This document shows positions 17,892 through 20,711 of a stretch of 20,711 nucleotides of DNA, in pieces. Made by a program: the position numbers and the translations under genes. Every line of letters starts with the position of its first letter. Position 1 is the first letter of the stretch. Source of the stretch: a bacterium (GTDB lineage Bacteria; Krumholzibacteriota; Krumholzibacteriia; G020349025); the NCBI GenBank assembly GCA_031362565.1, contig JANLSU010000060.1, positions 1-20,711 on the forward strand, written 5' to 3'. The notes under the pieces were generated by a model. That model was given only the letters and a program-made list of their open reading frames with translations, was not told the origin of the DNA and ran no database searches.

Positions 17892-18992
17892 TCAGCTCGC
17901 CGCCGTTACACCCTGGCGGCGGCGGAACACCATGACTCCGGCACCGACGATCAAGACCAACAGCGCGATGGTGCCCCACTCACCGAGCGTCGGACCGGTC
18001 AGGAACAGACTGAATCGCTGGATCCGGTGGTTGCCGGTGTCGGCCACGAAAACCTCGGAGGCCGAATTGACCGCCACCGAGGCCGGGCCCTGAAACTGCC
18101 CGTTGCTGGCCCCGGCAGTGCCCCACGCGCTGATGAACGTGCCCGTGGCGTTGAACCTTTGGATCCGGTTGTTGCCGGTATCGGCCACGAAGACCGAGCC
18201 ACCCACCGCCGAAATGCCCTCCGGGGCATTGAATTGGCCGGTTAAAGCACCCGCCGTACCCCACGCGTTCTGGAACACGCCGGTGTTCGTGAAGCGCTGC
18301 ACGCGGTTGTTGCCGGTGTCGATGACGTACACGAATCCCGACGCATCGACGGCCACGCCTTGCGGGAGGTTGAACTGGCCGTTGGCGTTGCCGAACGTCC
18401 CCCACGTCGAGACGAAGGTTCCGAGGCTATCGAAGCGCTGAATGCGATTGTTGTTGGTATCGGCGACATAGATGTCGTTCGCACGTGCGGCGATGCCCTG
18501 CGGCGAGTTGAACTGGCCGTTCGCCGCTCCCAGCGAGCCGAACACCACGAAGTTGGCACCGTTGCTCAAGAAGGCATGCACCCGGTTGTTGCCGGTATCG
18601 GCGACGTAGACGACGCCCGCCGTCGCGGCGTTGCGCCGCACTGCCACACCTTCCGGGTGGTTGAGCTGGCCGGTTCCGGACCCGAGTGTCCCCCACTGCA
18701 ACAGGAAGAGGCCATTGTGGTCGAACTTCTGGATCCGGTTGTTGTCGGTGTCGGCGACATAGACGTTGCCGGTCGGCGGCAGGCTGCAGCAATCGGTGCC
18801 GGGCCCTGCGTCCGGTCCCGTGGGCTTCGTCGGCTCGTCGATATCGACGGTCGCGCCTCTGGGGGCTCGGAATTGCCCGGCGAGCGTTCCGAACGCGCCC
18901 CAGGTCGTTTCGAAGGTTTGAGCACCGGCGGCCCCGGCCCATACCAGCAGGCCGAAGGACGCGAGGGCGGTCCATGACGAACGCGTTTGCAC
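17892..18992 (-). CDS. Six-bladed NHL-repeat surface protein with IPTL-CTERM-like sorting signal
   Basis: GTG 18992 after GGAGG; signal peptide ending AAGA/QTF; six GQFxxPxG...V/I(Y/F)VxDTxNxRIQxF repeats; C-terminus GPTLGEWG + TM helix + RRR. Confidence 0.92.
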   Translation of the reverse strand: MQTRSSWTALASFGLLVWAGAAGAQTFETTWGAFGTLAGQFRAPRGATVDIDEPTKPTGPDAGPGTDCCSLPPTGNVYVADTDNNRIQKFDHNGLFLLQWGTLGSGTGQLNHPEGVAVRRNAATAGVVYVADTGNNRVHAFLSNGANFVVFGSLGAANGQFNSPQGIAARANDIYVADTNNNRIQRFDSLGTFVSTWGTFGNANGQFNLPQGVAVDASGFVYVIDTGNNRVQRFTNTGVFQNAWGTAGALTGQFNAPEGISAVGGSVFVADTGNNRIQRFNATGTFISAWGTAGASNGQFQGPASVAVNSASEVFVADTGNHRIQRFSLFLTGPTLGEWGTIALLVLIVGAGVMVFRRRQGVTAAS

Positions 18993-19093
18993 AGTCGTCC
19001 TCCACCGTGGCAGGGAGACAGACCAGCATTGCCCGGGCGCGTCGGTCGCGCGCACTTCCAGGGTCCACTGGACACTTTGGGATGACAGTGAGC

Positions 19094-19122
19094 ATGGTAC
19101 GCCCCTTCGTGCGGCCGGTCAA
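19094..19122 (-). promoter_or_regulatory. Candidate sigma70 promoter for the NHL-exosortase operon
   Basis: Minus strand TTGACC-N17-TACCAT, ~100 nt upstream of the GTG. Confidence 0.6.
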
Positions 19123-19162
19123 TGGCGGGCTCGCGAGCCTCGTGTCTTCTCCCCTTCCCGGT

Positions 19163-19232
19163 GGTCGTTCGTCCCTGAATCCCGGTCGCTCGAACCATGG
19201 CAGTTGGACCACGCCACCGCGCCGCGTACCTT
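19163..19232 (+). promoter_or_regulatory. Two 21-bp-spaced LytTR/AlgR-like boxes plus -10-like TACCTT
   Basis: TCGTTCGTC (19165) and TCGCTCGAA (19186), each preceded by GG; TACCTT at 19227; same geometry as at 7853/7894. Confidence 0.55.
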
Positions 19233-19274
19233 CGTTCTATCGCCGTGGATTGACTGCAAAAGGGGGATAAGGGC

Positions 19275-20711
19275 ATGCGCGGACCGATTGCTTCGTTCGT
19301 CCTGGTTGCTGCAGCAGCCGCGGCGCTGGCCGTTCCGGTGCGGGCCCAGACCTTCACGCACATCTTCGATGCGACCAATCCTGTCGTCCACGATGGGCGC
19401 GAAAGCGGCGGCGGCTCGTGGATCGACGTCGACGGCGATGGCGACCTCGACCTCTTCGTGGCGCACGGCAATACCGTGAGCCAGAACAACTCGCTCTACC
19501 TGAACGACGGCGGGATGGCGTTTCACCGCCTGACGACCGGTCCGGTCGTCAACGACGGCGGCAGTTCCATCGGCGGCGCCTGGGGTGATTTCGATCGCGA
19601 CGGCCGGCCCGACCTGTTCGTGACCAATCGCAACTTCTTCGGCAACTTCCTGTATCACACGGTGGCCGACACGGTATTCCAACGGCTGACCGGCATCGCG
19701 CCCGATACGGACCGCAGCAACTCGAACAGTTCATCCTGGCTGGATATCGACAACGACGGCGACCTGGATCTCTATGTCGTCAACTTTCAGGCCGAAGACT
19801 TTCTCTACGTGAACGGCGGCCCACCCACCTATGCCTTGACGCGGACGATCGTGCCGTCGCTGACCCCGGGGGTGGAATTCTCGATTCACGGCACCTGGGC
19901 GGATTTCGACGACGACAACGACCTGGACCTGTTCATCGGTCATGCCGGCAATCAGAACGACTACCTGTACGTGAATGGCGGCGGCCTGGCGTTCGCGCGC
20001 CGCATCCTTCCCGATGGGCTGTCGTCGCTCGGCGCGAGTTGGGGTGACTACGACAACGACGGTTTCTTGGATCTCTTCGTCGCTAATTTCCTCGGTCAGA
20101 CGAGCATTCTGTATCGCAACGGCGGCTCGCCGGGCTTCGCTTTGACGCCGCAGCCCGCGAGCGTTTTGCCGGTGATTCCGGGCAACTCCGTCGGCAGCGC
20201 CTGGGGCGATGTGGACAACGATGGGGACCAAGATCTCTTGGTCGCCAACGACAACGGCGAAAACGAAACCTTGTACCTGAACAACGGTCCACCCAGCTAC
20301 ACGTTCACGCGGATTACGAGTGGACCCCTGGTGTCGGGCGGCGGCTTCTCGTTCGGGTGTTCGTTCGCGGATGTGGATGGTGACGGCGACCTCGATGCGT
20401 TTGTCGCCAATCGTCTGAATCAGGATGATGCGCTGTATCGCAACGATGGACCGGCAGGCGCGTGGCTCGCATTGCGGCTGCAAGGAACGGTGTCCAACCG
20501 GTCGGCGATCGGTGCCCGGGTACGCCTGCTGGCACGGATCGGCGGGGTGCCGCGCTGGCAAACTCAACAGGCTCTGCCGCTCTCGGGATACAATAGCCAG
20601 AATCTCGAGCTGCACTTCGGGCTCGGGGATGCGGCCCAGGCCGATAGCATCGACATTCGTTGGCCGAGTGGACTGCGTCAAAGACTTGCGACGGTCGCCG
20701 CGGGCCAAAGG
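19275..20711 (+). CDS. Secreted FG-GAP-repeat + ASPIC/UnbV (CRTAC1-like) protein, partial at the 3' end; absent from ORF track
   Basis: Open frame from ATG 19275 to the window end: signal peptide MRGPIASFVLVAAAAAALAVPVRA/QTF; seven (W/F)xDxDxDxxxD Ca-binding-type repeats; WLALRLQGTVSNRSAIGARV...GYNSQN..LHFGLG...IRWPSG. Confidence 0.93.
   Translation, partial: MRGPIASFVLVAAAAAALAVPVRAQTFTHIFDATNPVVHDGRESGGGSWIDVDGDGDLDLFVAHGNTVSQNNSLYLNDGGMAFHRLTTGPVVNDGGSSIGGAWGDFDRDGRPDLFVTNRNFFGNFLYHTVADTVFQRLTGIAPDTDRSNSNSSSWLDIDNDGDLDLYVVNFQAEDFLYVNGGPPTYALTRTIVPSLTPGVEFSIHGTWADFDDDNDLDLFIGHAGNQNDYLYVNGGGLAFARRILPDGLSSLGASWGDYDNDGFLDLFVANFLGQTSILYRNGGSPGFALTPQPASVLPVIPGNSVGSAWGDVDNDGDQDLLVANDNGENETLYLNNGPPSYTFTRITSGPLVSGGGFSFGCSFADVDGDGDLDAFVANRLNQDDALYRNDGPAGAWLALRLQGTVSNRSAIGARVRLLARIGGVPRWQTQQALPLSGYNSQNLELHFGLGDAAQADSIDIRWPSGLRQRLATVAAGQR

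Noticed and set aside
18000..18770. Recurrent DNA repeats (e.g. CCGGTTGTTGCCGGT) resembling a CRISPR array
   Set aside because: They are the coding imprint of NHL protein repeats: degenerate, in frame, ~140 nt period, no cas genes.
18993..19090. Small hairpins in the NHL leader (TCCAG..CTGGA) as a riboswitch
   Set aside because: Short GC stems are expected by chance, and no riboswitch consensus was recognised.
19731..20708. 325-aa minus-strand ORF
   Set aside because: Antisense shadow of the plus-strand FG-GAP/UnbV gene.

Overview
GC-rich bacterial chromosomal window, almost fully coding, devoted to the cell envelope. From left to right: (i) the 5' end of a lipoprotein gene (minus strand) behind a candidate sigma54 promoter; (ii) an (alpha/alpha)6-barrel protein of unknown function; (iii) a translationally coupled minus-strand glycan-tailoring operon (AsnB-type amidotransferase, GT4 glycosyltransferase, NodU/CmcH-type carbamoyltransferase, Zn-ribbon SAM methyltransferase); (iv) a secreted hypothetical protein plus an AlgZ/AlgR-like (LytS/LytTR) two-component system; (v) an orphan AbrB/MazE-type protein; (vi) a Wzx-like flippase, rfbF, rfbG-like and an extended SDR (CDP-sugar pathway); (vii) a DEAD-box helicase; (viii) an exosortase H-type cassette made of an NHL-propeller substrate with a GPTLGEWG sorting signal, an intact exosortase and an adjacent paralogue lacking the catalytic Cys/His; (ix) a secreted FG-GAP + ASPIC/UnbV protein that runs off the window and is missed by the ORF track. 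The two most interesting signals are the tandem active/dead exosortase pair and a shared promoter architecture at two loci 11 kb apart: 21-bp-spaced AlgR-like boxes with a TAnnnT element exactly 41 nt downstream, suggesting a local LytTR regulon. No rRNA, tRNA, CRISPR or mobile element was seen.
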